Below the pieces are notes generated by a model. It had not been told where the DNA came from and ran no database searches. It was given only the letters and a program-made list of their open reading frames with translations. The translations under genes were made by a program, and so were the position numbers. From Mobula hypostoma (Eukaryota): a DNA stretch of 64,000 nucleotides. The stretch spans positions 73,038,001-73,102,000 of the forward strand of contig NC_086097.1 of the NCBI RefSeq assembly GCF_963921235.1. Direction: 5' to 3'. Of this stretch, positions 12,292-25,100 are shown one piece after another (positions within the stretch are counted from its first letter, which is position 1; each line of letters starts with the position of its first letter).

Positions 12292-14899
12292 GTCTTTCCT
12301 TTGTTAATCATGTTTTCACCTTGATTTGCATCAAGTCATCATCTTTCTTGAGTTGTTTTCTTAACTTCTTTCAGATTTGATGCTGATTGTGGGATTTGAT
12401 CTGAGTTGCTAAACAAAACCTGATTGTTCAGTATGAGTTATCATAGAATTAAATGTCAGAGGAGGAAGAGGTAAAGGATGGTTGATGTTTCCCAAGTCCA
12501 AAACGGTCACTGAAAATTCATTTCTGCGGTGAAAGTATAATTAAGCTGGAAGTATAATTGAAATTTTAATGGCTTGTCAACAATTTGCATTTGTAGCAAA
12601 ACACACAAAATGTTGGAGGAACTCAACATATCAGGCAGCATCTGTGGAGGAGATAATAACATGTACTTAAATCCCTATGGGTGGCAGGCCAAGATGATAA
12701 AAAGGTTCTAAAAGCAGAAGTGGTTTGGGTCTCTACATAGATGAAAAAGATGAAGTTCTAGAAATGTAATAATCACATCTTGGTCCTCAGGGCATGTACA
12801 GTCAGCAATCCTGGCTGCCCTACTACAGGAAGGAAGGAAGGATTTTGTAGGTGATCCAGAGGATGTTTACATCAGCTGGAAATAAGAAGATAAAAGATCT
12901 CAGTTTTCAGGAGCTTGATGTTTAGAAAAGCCTAGTTCACCTCGAGCAGTTGTTAAGGGGGAGGATTGTATTGACAGAGGCAGACTGAATTCAGGTGAGG
13001 ACCACAGTCTGTGTCAGGGGTACAAGAATAGTGCCAGGTTATAAATTCATCAGACTCGGTAGCACTGAAATGGACTACATAGTGGCAGCTGTGTGTCCTA
13101 CTCATTTTCGAAATTCAGTTCCATTGAAGTCCAATGTTGTTTCCAACACAATGTTTCATCTTTTAATGCACTTGAAGAAAATCTAGGAATTTTTTTGTTT
13201 GTTTTTAAAAAGGGGCACAAGAATTTGTATTTACTGTTTATACAGGTGTTCTACAACAAGACAGAGCAGTATACTGGAAGTGAGAGATGACTAAGATGAT
13301 AAGCCTTTCTTTTCCTTTAGCTTTAGTTGTTGAAAGGAAGGGAGAAATGTTTTACAAAAAATAATTGCACAGATTTTCTAAGCTTGAAATATCAGATATT
13401 TAGAGGAGAGAGGCAGTTACTGACAATATTTATAGACTGCTTGAGCTTTGCTTTTATGGCTTTTGTCATTTGATTTCCTTGATAGTGCTTCTAACTGCAT
13501 CTCCAACTTCAGCAGTTGTGTTAATAGGCTGCCATTACCAGCTCTAATAGATTTGATATCAGGCAAACTCATAGTTTTGGGAATAATCCTTGCTGCAGGG
13601 CTGTGTGCTGTGCTTGTTAGTGATGGACTGAGCTAAGCGCAGTAAAGCCGAAAAGTTTCTGTAATCTTTCAGATCAAAGAAAATGTTGAAGTCCCAACTA
13701 TGGTTACAAGGAACTGTCAACTGGCTTTCCCTCTGCCTGACTGTTTCTCTCCCAACTTTTTCCTACATGTGCAGATCTCTCTGCTATTTCTTGTGGTAAT
13801 TGTTCCCTTAATTTGATTGCCTTGGGCTATTTCTTTTTCAGTAGCTTTCTCTAAGCCAGTCTCTCAGTTTGACTCCTGTCATACGCTGCAATATATTTTT
13901 CAGCTTGAAATGCTGATTGGCTGGGTTCAGTTTGTTGTTTGCTTTTCATATGCAACCTTGTCTCCTCATATGTTCTAAATCTGAAATGCTTGCTTGGTTG
14001 ACTGGATTAAGTTGCAATATGAAAAGGCTGCATGTGGCACTTGGCTTTCTAAATTCATTTCTATTTACGAAATCATTATTTAATGTAAGGAATAAGGAAT
14101 GATTTCTATCAGTATGTCCAATTGAAAATGAAACCAAAATGTTCATAGAATGTGATGATGTTACAAATGAGGAAAAATTTGTCTCTTTCCTCCATTTAAT
14201 GCAGAAAATCTTTCGATAAGGTCATTGCAGATCGTTACGGCATTAATTTGGATGAAGTTCTACATAAAACACTGCCATGGCAATTTGAAACGATCACCAA
14301 GCACAGGGCACCATACTTGAACTAGAATTACCCGCAACACTGTGACACAATGGTGAAACCTGTAAACAAATTCTTTACTAAAACATTAGCTGGGCGGTGA
14401 AGCTCTAAGACAGGACAGAACTGCAAACCATTTGTAAAACTAGATGCAAGATGGAATGTTTCAGGTTACAGACTCGTCCTCACAATCTCTTTGATCTGAA
14501 ACCTGAATCCTGATAAAGTGTTTCCAATTTTTTCTCCTCTCATTATACATACATTCCCAGCATCTTTTGCAGTTTTCAATTTTCACCTCATCCAATTGCT
14601 TTTTGTAGAATTTTGTTGACCAAATTAAAATAGTAATTACACCCTAGAAATGCATCTTTGGCAGTAAAATACTTCATGATATCTAGTCAGAATAATAGGG
14701 TGGTAAGTATTTGTTTCTTTGTTTTTCTGTCATTCTGCAGCCCTTGTTGAGTCCTTGCCCTGCTTCCTAAGGACTGATAAGGAGAACAGTGATGGATTGC
14801 TTAAACTCTTGAAACTAAACACACACATTGTTACTCAATAAAATGAAGTCCATCAATGTTGCTCTTTATTGGCTTCTAGTCAATGGCACACTCTCACAC

Positions 14900-15045
14900 T
14901 GGGTGATGTAGTGCTGTAGTTAGTACTTTTGCCAAGATCAATCCTAACCTGAGCTGCTTTATGACCAGAGTTTGCCCATTGTCTCTGCGACCACATACTG
15001 TAGGTTTAGTCCAGGTTGATCCAATTCCTTCCCACACATTAACAG
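14900..15045 (+). mobile_element. Degenerate V-SINE/HE1-like SINE fragment
   Basis: tRNA-like head GTAGTGCTGTAGTTAG..GATCAATCC followed by a decayed V-domain-like TTCCTTCCCACAC. Confidence 0.4.
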
Positions 15046-15364
15046 AATAATCCTTTCTCCTTTTTCAATATTTTTATTGATATTATATAAATTAAATGAA
15101 TACGAATACAAAATTGATAAGGATACAAGTAAATCATATGAATTACATTATATTTACATCACAGTAATATGATCACAATATCCCATATTCCAAATCAAAC
15201 ATGTATAAAAAAAGATTGAATTATGAATTGGAATAGAATAAAATAATTGTATTTATTTTTTTAAAAATCTACCCCCACTACCAAAATGAGCTGGTTGGTA
15301 AAAAAAGAAAAAAAGAAAAATACCTTACAATAATTGACTACTGTAAATTACTCTTCATTGTAGG

Positions 15365-15969
15365 CAAGGGATTAATTGACTACACAAAGGAGCATTTTTC
15401 AGAAGGAACCAAAGAGTGGTGGTTGAAGGCTGTTTCTTGGAATGCAGGGAGATGTCTCGTGATGTACCACTGCAGTTTGCGCTGGGATCCTTGTTATTCA
15501 TTATTTGGATACAAATGCACAAGATCAGTAAGTTTGTGGATGACACAGAATTAGAAGGTATTGTTGATAGCGAAGAAGATTATTATACATTACGGTGGAG
15601 GTATGAGGATTTCAAAACAGCTAAGTGTGAGGTGATGCACTTTGATAAGATAGGACACTAGAGAGCGTAGCTAGTGGAACAGAGGGACCGAGGAGTACAA
15701 GTGCCCAGATCATTGAATACAGCACAACTGGTAGGCAGGATGGTAAAAAGGGCATTTAGAGCACTGGCCTTCATCAATCAGAGCATTTAGTGTAGGAGTT
15801 GAGACATTGTGTTGAGATATTAAAACGTTATGTTGCAGATGCATAAGTTGTTGGTGAGGCTGCACTAGGGGTACCATGTGCAGTTTAGTCAACCTGTTTC
15901 AGAAAAAACGTGGCTAAACTAGAAAAAGTGCGGAGAATGTTTGAGGATGCTGCCAGGACTATAGAGCCT
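15365..15969 (+). mobile_element. CR1 LINE RT fragment, decayed
   Basis: ORF 15416-15661 reads VVVEGCF..LGSLLFII..ISKFVDDTEL..KCEVMHF; further LVRLH.GYHVQFS and RMLPGL. Ends at the HOOK3 retrocopy. Confidence 0.85.
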
Positions 15970-16720
15970 GATCTTCAGAAACAACGAGAACATATTGATG
16001 ACTTGGAACCAAAATACAATAACAACTCTCAAAAGGTTGAGGGGCTTCAGGAAGCCTTAAGAAAGAAGATATGAAACAAATGGAGAACAGATATAAGAAT
16101 TACCTAGGAAAAGCAAGGAGTGTTATCAGAAACTTGGGCTGTAAACTAAAAAATGGAACAGTTCCAGAAGTTTAGTCTCTGAAAAATCAATTGCAAGAAA
16201 AGAAACAAATGTTGCATTCCTTGTTGAAAGAAATCAGAAGACAAAGATTCAGAGAGATCGTGAAGAGAAGCAAATTGTTAGTGCTTGGTATAACATGAAT
16301 AAGCCTCTTGACAAGAAGCAACTGGAAAAAATCTTGCCAGCACTGGTTCAGGACAGTCCTTCTGAGCTAGATAGAGACAGGCAGCAAGCACACAGTGACC
16401 AGTCTGTGGGCAGCTACAGCAAGTGATGTGAGTGCATGATCTGCTGCATGGCTTTCCTGAACTGACCATTTATCCTTTGAGTTTGAATGTATAATTTATT
16501 AATTTGCTACTGTTTGTTTTCTAACCTATCTATACCCTGGATGTAACAGCTCCAGTTCTCCTTGTTCTAACTTTGGACTTATGACTAGAAGGAACTGAGA
16601 GGTAGCGTGACTTAGCACACTACTCTTTGGAATCTGCCATCAGACTAACACACAGTAGATCGGTGCATGTTGGTCTTTTGTCTCTGCAATTTTTTTTTCT
16701 GTGCTTTCTTGGACTACAGA
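15970..16720 (+). pseudogene. HOOK3: Processed pseudogene (retrocopy) of HOOK3: C-terminal CDS plus probable 3' UTR, 5'-truncated
   Basis: Across three frameshifts it reads DLQKQREHIDDLEPKYNNNSQKVEGLQEALRKK/DMKQMENRYKNYLGKARSVIRNL..PEV*SLKNQLQEKKQMLHSL/QKTKIQRDREEKQIVSAWYNM..KK/NLASTGSGQSF*AR*RQA, with a stop at ~16431. This matches the recalled HOOK3 C-terminus (MKQMEERYKKYLEKAKSVIRTL, IVSAWYNM, LASTGSGQSFLARQRQA). No introns; in-frame stops. The 3' boundary is approximate. Confidence 0.9.
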
Positions 16721-16734
16721 CAGGTCTACCAAAC

Positions 16735-17105
16735 GGAGGCAAAAAGAAGTGAAGTCATGGACCATATCTGGATAACAAAAGAGGAGGAACTTGCTATCTT
16801 GAGGCAAGTTGGGGTGCATAAAACCCCAAGACCTGACAAGGTGTCACCTTGGATCTTGTGGGAGGCGAGTACAGAAATTGCAGGGGCACTGGCAGAGGTA
16901 TTTCCAACATTCTTAGCTATGGGTGTGTTGTGAAAGAACTGGAGGTTAGCTGATGTTGTTCTGTTATTTAAGAAGTGCTTGAAGAAAAAGCCTGGGAATT
17001 ATAGGCTGGAGAGCCTGACATCAGTCATGGGAAAATTATTGGAGGTATTCTAAGAGACAGGATATGTAAGTATTTGAATAGACGGAGCCTGATTAGGGAT
17101 AAAAC
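16735..17105 (+). mobile_element. CR1 LINE copy A, left part (resumes at ~21841)
   Basis: HIWITKEEELAILRQVGVHKTPRPDKVSPWILWEASTEIAGALAEVF..WRLADVVLLFKK..KPGNYR..SLTSVMGKLLEVF. Confidence 0.88.
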
Positions 17106-17330
17106 ACCATAAGAACAAAAGGCAAAGGAGCAGAACTAGGCTATTCCACCAATTGAGTCTACTCTGCCATTTCATCCTGGCTGATTCATTATCCGTCTCA
17201 ACCCATTTTCTTGCCTTCTCCCTGTAACCTTCGATACCCTTACTAATCAACCTCCGCTTTAAATGTACCCAATGACCTGGCCTCCACAACCGTCCATTGC
17301 AATAAATTCCACAGGTGCACCACCCTCTGG

Positions 17331-17550
17331 TCTGTGCATGGAATGCACTGCCAGCAAAGGTGGTAGAGGTGGATACAATAGGGTCTTTTAAGAGACCCTT
17401 AGATAGGTACATGGAGCTTTGAAACATAGAGGGCTCTGTGGTAGGGAAATTTTCGACAGTTTCTCGTGTAGGTTACATGGTCGACACAACAGTGTGGGCC
17501 GAAGGGCCTGTAATGTGCTGTAGTTTTCTATGTTCTATGTTCTATGTTTC
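17331..17550 (+). mobile_element. Short CR1 3'-end insertion
   Basis: AWNALPAKVVEVDTIGSFKRPLDRYM, then GGGCCGAAGGGCCTGT and a (TTCTATG)n tail. It interrupts CACCACCCTCTGG|CTAAAGAAATTCC of copy B. Confidence 0.85.
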
Positions 17551-19240
17551 TTTGGCTAAAGAAATTCCTCCTCATATCTGTTCTAAAAGGAAGTCCCTCT
17601 TTTCTAAGCTATGGTCCTTGACTTCCCCATTGAAAGAAACATCCTCTCCACATCCACTATCTAGGCCTTCCAATATTTGATAGGTTTCAATGATATTTCA
17701 CCCCCCCCCCATTCTTCTAAACTACAGCAAGTACAGGCCTACAGCCATCAAACACTCCTCATAAGTTAAACCTTCCATTCCTGGAATCATTCCTGTGAAC
17801 CTCCTCTTAGATAACAGGTGCAATACTGTTCACGTATTCCAAGTAGTCTGACCATTGCCTTATAAAGAGGACTGTTGCAATCTAGTCCTCTTTAAATGAA
17901 TGCTAATGTTACATTTGCCTTCCTTATGACTGACTCAACTTGCAGGTTAGCCTTCAGGGAATCCTTCACTAGGACTCTCATAATCCTTTACACCTCTAAT
18001 TCCTAAATTTGCTGCCTATTTAAAAAATAGTCTATGCCTTTATTTCTTCGGCCAAAGTGCATGACTCGACACCAGCCCCTTTAGGACACCACTCTTCACC
18101 AGCAGCCACCAGAAAAGACTCCTTTCTTTCCCACTCTGTCTCCTGCCTGCCTGTCTGCCAATCTTCCATCCATGCTGATATCTTTATCGTAATGCTATGG
18201 GCTCTTATCTTGCATAACAGCCTCATATGCAGCACTTTATCAAAGGCCTTCTGAAAATCCAGGTGAACAACATCCCTTGACTCTCCTTTGTCTATCCTGC
18301 CTCTAATTGTCTCAAAAGAGTTTCTACAGATTTGTTAGGCAAGATTTCCCTTTAAGGAAACCATGATGATTTTGTCCTATTTTATTATGTGACCCAAGTA
18401 CCCCAAAACCTTATCCATGGACTCCAATATCCTCCCAATCACTGAAGTCAGGCTAACTGGCCTATAATTTCCTATCTTTTGCTTCCCTCCCTTCTTTAAA
18501 AAGTGGAGTGACAATTGCAATTTTTCTGGTCCTCCGGAACCATTCCAAAATCTAGTGATTCCTGAAAGATGACTGCAATTTCCTCCACAATCTCTTCAGC
18601 TACCTCTTTCAGAACCACGAGCTGTCGCCCATCTGGCCCAGGTGACCTATGTACCTTTAGAACCTCTCCGCTTTCCAAGCACCTTCTCCTCAGTAAGAGT
18701 GACTACACTCACTCCTGTCCTCTGACACGCTTCAATTTCCGACATACCGCTGGCATCTTCCATAGAGAAGACTGATGTAAAACACTTATTGAGTTTGTCT
18801 GCCATTTCTTTGTCTCCCATTACTACCTCTCCATCTTTTTCCAGCTATCCAATATCCACTCTTGCCTCTCTTTTACTCTTTATAGAGTATATCTGAAAAA
18901 ACCTTTGGTATCCTTTTCTATATTATTGGCTAACTTACCATACTTCATCTTTCCCCTCCTTATTGCTTTTTTTAGTTACCTTCTGTTGGTTTAAATAGTT
19001 GGAATATTATACACCCTCTCTTTTGCTTTTATCCTGTCTTAGACTTCCCCTGTCAGCCACAGTTGTCTGATCCTCCATTTAGAATACTTTTTCTTCTTTG
19101 GGATGAACCTATCCAGTGTCTTCTGAATTGCTCCCAGACACTCCAGCCATTGCTGCTCTGCTGTCATCCCTGATAGTGTCTCTTTCTAATCAACTTTGAC
19201 CAGCTCCTCTCTCAAGCTTCTGTAATTCCCTTTACTCCAC

Positions 19241-20731
19241 AAAACCATCAGCACTGGAGCATCGCAAGGATGTGTACTTTGCCCCCCCCCCGCCATTTTA
19301 CTCACTTTACACCTGTGACTGTGTGGCTAAGTACAGGTTTGCTGATGACACCACTGTTGTGGGATGTATCAACGGGGGTATTGAATCAGCATATAAGAGG
19401 GAGATTGAAAAACTTGACTGAGTGGTGTAATAACAACAATCTCTCACTCAATGTCCATAAGACCAAGGAGCTGATCGTAGACTTCAGGAGAGGGAAACCA
19501 GAGGTCCATGAGTCAGTCATCATCGGAGGATCAGAGGTGGAGAGAGTCAGTAACTTTAAATTCCTGGGTATCACAAAAGAAGCTGCAGAAGATCGTGAAC
19601 ACAGCACAGAACATCACACAAACCAATCTTCCATCCTTGGACTCACTTTACACCGCAAGCTGTTGGAGCAGTGCTGCCAGGATAATTAAGGACATGACCC
19701 ACCCAGCCAACACACTTTTCATCTCTCTTCCCTCCGGGAGAAGGCTCAGGAGCTTGAAGACTCGTACGGCTAGATTTGGGAACAGCTTCTTTCCAACTGT
19801 GATAAGACTGCTGAACGGATCCTGACCCGGATCTGTGCCGTACTGTCCAAATATCCGGACCTGACTCTCGGTTTTTTTTGCACTACCTTACTTTTCATTT
19901 TTCTATTTTCTATTTATGATTTATAATTTAAATTTTTAATATTTACTACTTTTATTATTTTTAATATTTAATATTTGTAATCCAGGGAGTGGGAAATGCA
20001 GAATAAAATATCGCTGTGATGATTGTACGTTCTAGTATCAATTGTTTGGCGACTATAAAGTATCACTATCTCAGAGTACCTGCCCTGGACCCATTATATA
20101 AATATTATTGTGAAGAAAGCACGACAGCACCTCTATTTCCTCAGGAGTTTGTGGAGGTTCAACATGTCATTGATAACCTTGATAAACTTCTATAGATGTG
20201 TGGTGGGAAGTTTGCTGACTAGCTGCATTATGGCCTGGTATGGGAACACCAATGCCTTTGAGCAGAAAATCCTACAAAAGGTAATGGATTCGGCTCAGTA
20301 CATCATGGGTAAAGCCTTCTCAACCACTGAGCACATCTACATAAAACATTGATGTAGAAAAGCGGCAACCATCATCAAAGATCCTCACCAGCCAGGCCAT
20401 GCTCTTTTCTCGCTGTTGTCATCAGGTAGAAGGTACAGGTGCCTCAGGACTCGCACCACCAGGTTCAAGAACAGTTACTACCCCTCAACCATCAGGCTGT
20501 TGAACAAAATGGGATAGCTACAGTTATTTAAGGACTTTTGTTATTTCATGCTTATTATTTATTGCTCTTTATTTATATCTGCATTTGTATAGTTTGTTTA
20601 CAATTAACAGTTCCTGATGTTTACAGTTACTGTTCTATAGATTTGCTAAGTATGCCCACAGAAGAAGAATCTCAGGGTTGTATGTGGTGACATGTATATA
20701 CTCTGATAATAAATTTTACTTTGAACTTTGC
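19241..20731 (+). mobile_element. Rex1/Babar LINE 3' half with 7-bp TSD ACTCCAC
   Basis: [54 protein letters not shown]. Tail AATAAATTTTACTTTGAACTTTG. ACTCCAC occurs at 19234-19240 and 20732-20738. Confidence 0.9.
19575..20059 (+). mobile_element. Second Rex1-family 3' end nested in the first, TSD GTATCAC
   Basis: KKLQKIVNTAQNIT..LPSGRRLRSLKTRTARFGNSFFPTVIRLLNGS*. GTATCAC occurs at 19568-19574 and 20060-20066. A closely similar copy lies at 63550-64000 on the minus strand. Confidence 0.9.
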
Positions 20732-21840
20732 ACTCCACTGTAATATTGATACATCTGATTTTAGCTTCTCTCTTTCAAACTGCAGGGTGAATTCTATCAT
20801 ATACGATCACTGCCTCTTCAGGGTTTCTTCCCCTTAAACTCTCTCATTAAATCAGGTTCATTACACAACACCCAATCCAGAATTGCCTTTTCCCTAAAGG
20901 GGATCAACTACAAGCTGCTCTAAAAAGCCATTTCATTGGCATTCTACAAATTCCCTCTCTTGGGACCCAGCACCAACCTGATTTTCCCAGTCTACCCACA
21001 TATTGAAATCACCCATGACTATCATAATGTTGCCCTTTTTACATGTGTTTCTCCCTCCGACTGTCATTTGTACCCCACATCCTAACTACTGGTCAGAGAC
21101 CTGTATATAACTCCCATCAGTTTCTTTTTACTCTTGCAGATTCCTAACTCTACCCAAATGAATTCTAAATCTTTTGATCCTATGTCCCTTCTTTCTAAGT
21201 ACTTGATGTCATTTTTTTTTACCAACAGAACCACCCCACCCACCTACCTGCTTACCTGTTTGTTCTTCTGATACAATGTGTTTCCTTGGATGTTAAGCTC
21301 CCAACTATAATCTTCTTTCAGACACTACTCAGTGATGCCCACAATGTCATACCTGCCAATCTTCAACTGTGCAACAAGATCGTCTACCTTATTCCATATA
21401 CTAAGTGAATACAGGGCATTCAGTCTGGTATTCGTCACTCTTTCTATTTTACCCCAATGTTACCAGAAGTTAAATTCTTATCCCTTTCTAAACATTCTGC
21501 TTTTTTCTTTATTCTGGAGACTTTCATAACTTCTCCTGCACTTTCTTTTTACTTTATCCTTACTTTTCCAAACTGTTGAACCCACCCCACTATATAGGTT
21601 AAAGCACTATCCACAGTCCTAGTTATATGGCTTGCCAGGACTCTGGCCACAGCATGGTTCAGGAGGAGCCTATCCCATTAGAACAGCTCCTTTCTTCCCC
21701 AATACTGTTGCCAATCTCCCACAAATTCAGATCCACTTCTCCCACACCAGTCTTTGAGCCATGCATCTAACTCTCTGATCCTATTAACCCTTTGACAATT
21801 TGAACATGGCTCAAGTAACAATTCAGAAGTTATTACCTTG

Positions 21841-22162
21841 TGCACGATAGGTTGTGCCCTACCAATCTTACAAGTTTTTTGAGGAGATTAAGAGGAATAT
21901 TAATACAAGAAACATGGTTAACCTTGTCTATATGGACTTTAGCAAAGCCTTTGACAAAGTCCTGCCTGTGAGGATGTTTCAGAAGTTTAAGCTGCCAGGC
22001 ATTCGGAATGAGGTAGTAATTAGGTTCAGCATTGGCTTAGCAAGAGAAGTTCAGACATTGGTAGTAGATAATTGTCTCTCTGACAGGCGCCCTATGACTA
22101 ATACTGTGCCACATGGATAAGAGCCAAGCCTGTTGTGGTTTATCATCTATACTAATGATTTA
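21841..22162 (+). mobile_element. CR1 LINE copy A, right part
   Basis: KFFEEI..NLVYMDFSKAFDKV..LVVDNCLSDRRPMTNTVPHG..IYTNDL; continues 16735-17105. Confidence 0.85.
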
Positions 22163-25100
22163 GATGTATCCAATGACAGTACTATAATCACTGCAACAGA
22201 GATTCCTAAACTTATCTTTATCAGGTATTGCTTCCAGGTTTCTCTACCAGCACAGGTTTATTCATTTGTCCCTAAAATTAAAAGTATTATTCAAAGTGCC
22301 TTTTGAACTACCAGCAAGCAGTCATATTCATTCAGTAGTGTAATCTTAACTATTGCTTTTTGCTAATAATCCTTAAACTAACCAAAATTGTTTCTGCTTA
22401 TTGTGTGTGAAAATGGTGCACTCGTGTACCGTAACTTTTCAAAGGCTAAATGATTTTGTTTCACTCACCATTAATTGGTTGTAGCATCTGTTAAGGCAGT
22501 CTCTGTCCTGTGATGTTCCACTCATTTATCTCCTGGGATCTGCCTAACCCCTCTTGATAATTTTCCTGACCATCTTGTACTGCCAACTGCTCACCTTTTT
22601 TTTTCCTATCCACCTAATTCTTCTCATCATCTGTTCAGTCATCTCCTGTTATAGTTCAACAAAACATCTGCTGTGACTCCTCTTCCTAGCCCCCACCCCA
22701 CCCATTTGAACTTGCAGTTGCCCATTTTTTTCCCACAGATGTTTTTTGTACCATGTATCACAGGTTGGAAAGCTCCAACCTACAGTTTAGGGAAAGGATG
22801 AAATACACTTTGTAGCTTGCCATGCATTCATTCAACTTGAACACCAGGTGTAATGTATACTAACTAAGTATATTGCTATCTGCCAAAGCACAAAATATTG
22901 ATGCATAGTAAGACTGTACGAGTCCTATTCATTCCACTTTCTTCTACTGCAACTTCTCCATCCCATCTTCACAAGAATTGCATTGTCTTCAATTTATATA
23001 TTCAACTTTCAACATTAATTAGCAAACTAAAAAATTTCAATCTTTTGCCACCTAGTTAGCAAGGAGATATCTAAGAGATAATTACTATTTGATATCACTT
23101 TGTCCATTGTCTTTTATAATTTTTAGTACTGATTGGTAGATCAAAACTTGGTGATATTTTTATGCTGATTATCATATAAACTTGACACATTTTCCCCAGA
23201 TGAAATAACTGAAAAGAATTTTTAATCATCTGAGTTTGTCAGAATACTTTTGAAGCTGGGTAGAAATCCATTTCACCAAGATTTCCATTAAAATCATAGA
23301 GTACTTAATTTTCAAGTGAGTCTGGAAAGCTCTTGTGTATTAGCTAACCTGTACTTTTATGCCTTTGGCTCATTCATGTCACCAAGGAAAAATCAGCAAT
23401 TCTAGTCAATATGCAATAAACAGAAGCTTCAAGCAGATGGCTGATGCATTGTGAGCTGAAGTTAGTACCTTCATCACTTAAACCTTGGCAACCAATATTA
23501 GATACCATCACAACTAGACTACGTAGAAATAGTGTGCTTCGTTCAGGCTGTACTTAGATACATAGGCTTTACATCTCCTCTTGTCCTTCATAAATTGTAA
23601 CTGATTTTATTTCATGGATTTCCAGTTGATTAATGACTGGCAACACATGGTATCATAAAAAACCTTATTTCCAACTAGCAGACGTATGCCTTAACTTGTA
23701 AGCAACCAACTTGGGTTTGTTAGACTTCAAAGTAAAGACAAATTGGAAGTATGGTTCATCCTCTGCAGTCCTGACAGATCATGTCAACCTTGTGATCATT
23801 GGCTGACATCAACTAAATAATGGATTCAACCATTAGGGAGGACAGAGACATTTTAAGGCAAGATTACAACTACCTTGAAAGGGGAATTGTATTCAATCCA
23901 GCCTTCCTGCACAAACTTCCAAACATGTCCAGTTATAAAGCAAGTAGGAAGGATACAATAGGCTAACAATCCTTTCTTTCATTTGTTAATTTTAATTGAT
24001 TCTGCCTCAAATATAATTAAGTTTCAATTCATTGTAACTAGCCTTTGGGTCCCTTGCCAAGAAGACAGTTTAATGGTGTCCCTTTACAGCTTTAGGATTC
24101 CCGGCATGTGCTTTTGTGGGAATAAGTTGTACTAAGTTGTGGGAATATATTTTGACAATTCTCCCAATAATTGGTAAACCAGTACAAATGATAGAGGAAT
24201 TTAAGTAAAATATTTCATCTGGCACGAGGTTAGCTTATGAATCATTTATTATGCCTTAAAAACTCCGTGCCTCTGAAACAGAGCCTGCCCCAAAATTTCT
24301 GCCAGCTATCATTAATTGGCAAAATTCAAAGAAGAACTTGAAATTAAGATTTGTTTTAGACATAAGGAGATATTCTTATGATCATTTAATTTGTTTCAAT
24401 TTGCTGAGAAAAGAATTCATATGATTATACTTAACTATTTAAAGGCATTTTCAGTTCTTATAATCAGATTACAAATGGGCAATATTGTATACTAGGCAAT
24501 GGTAAAATGATGTATTCCTTGTGCTAAAACTGTTTTCTGATATATTAATAAAACTAGGTTACCCCAACCCCTCCTGGATATAATCAATTAAAGATTCTTA
24601 TTCTTTGTTTTTTCCTAATATATATAAAAAATGGCGCAATTGCGCGATTTTAATACAAATTTTACCAATAGGCAATCAAATACTTTTTTTCAGCAATTAA
24701 ATAAATACCATTCTCATTTAATCATATAAATAATTTAAAAATAGATAGTCTCAGTAGTAATAACCATTAAACTACTGGATTTTTTTTTAAATCATCTGGT
24801 TCACAAAAGTCCCTCAGCAAAGAAGTCTGTCTCATTCTAAACTCACCAATATTGTTGACTCTTTATTGCCTCTTCATTACAATGATGCCAGGCTTACCAC
24901 TAACACCCATATCCTGTGCTTGAAAGAAAAATAAGAAATTGGATTCATAAGACTCAAGCAACCTTAAATACTATTTGATTTCAATTCACTGATTATGTCA
25001 ATAACTTCAGGAGTGCATCTATGAAAATCTGGGTACAAGGTTTACGGTCCAACAGATATGCAATCATTGGTGTAAAAGGCAGGTGAAAAGCTACAAATCT

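Larger units (their letters stand above)
17106..21840 (-). mobile_element. CR1 LINE copy B: ORF1 SGNH-esterase end, ORF2 and 3' tail; carries three nested inserts
   Basis: 3' tail at 17106-17200. RT fragments DFQKAFDKVLHMRLLCKIRAH and RSPGPDG..LKEVAEEIVE. Endonuclease region ~20740-21400. ORF1 RIRELDAWLKDWCGRSG..WQQYWGRKELF*WDRLLLN at ~21600-21840. Confidence 0.85.

Noticed and set aside
13420..14360. Protein-like minus-strand reading (..RTYEETRLHMKSKQQ..PKTMSLPDIKS) with an acceptor-like site at ~14360
   Set aside because: It has several stops and matches no family I recognise. The + strand gives ordered VWA3-like motifs with splice sites, so this is probably an antisense shadow.
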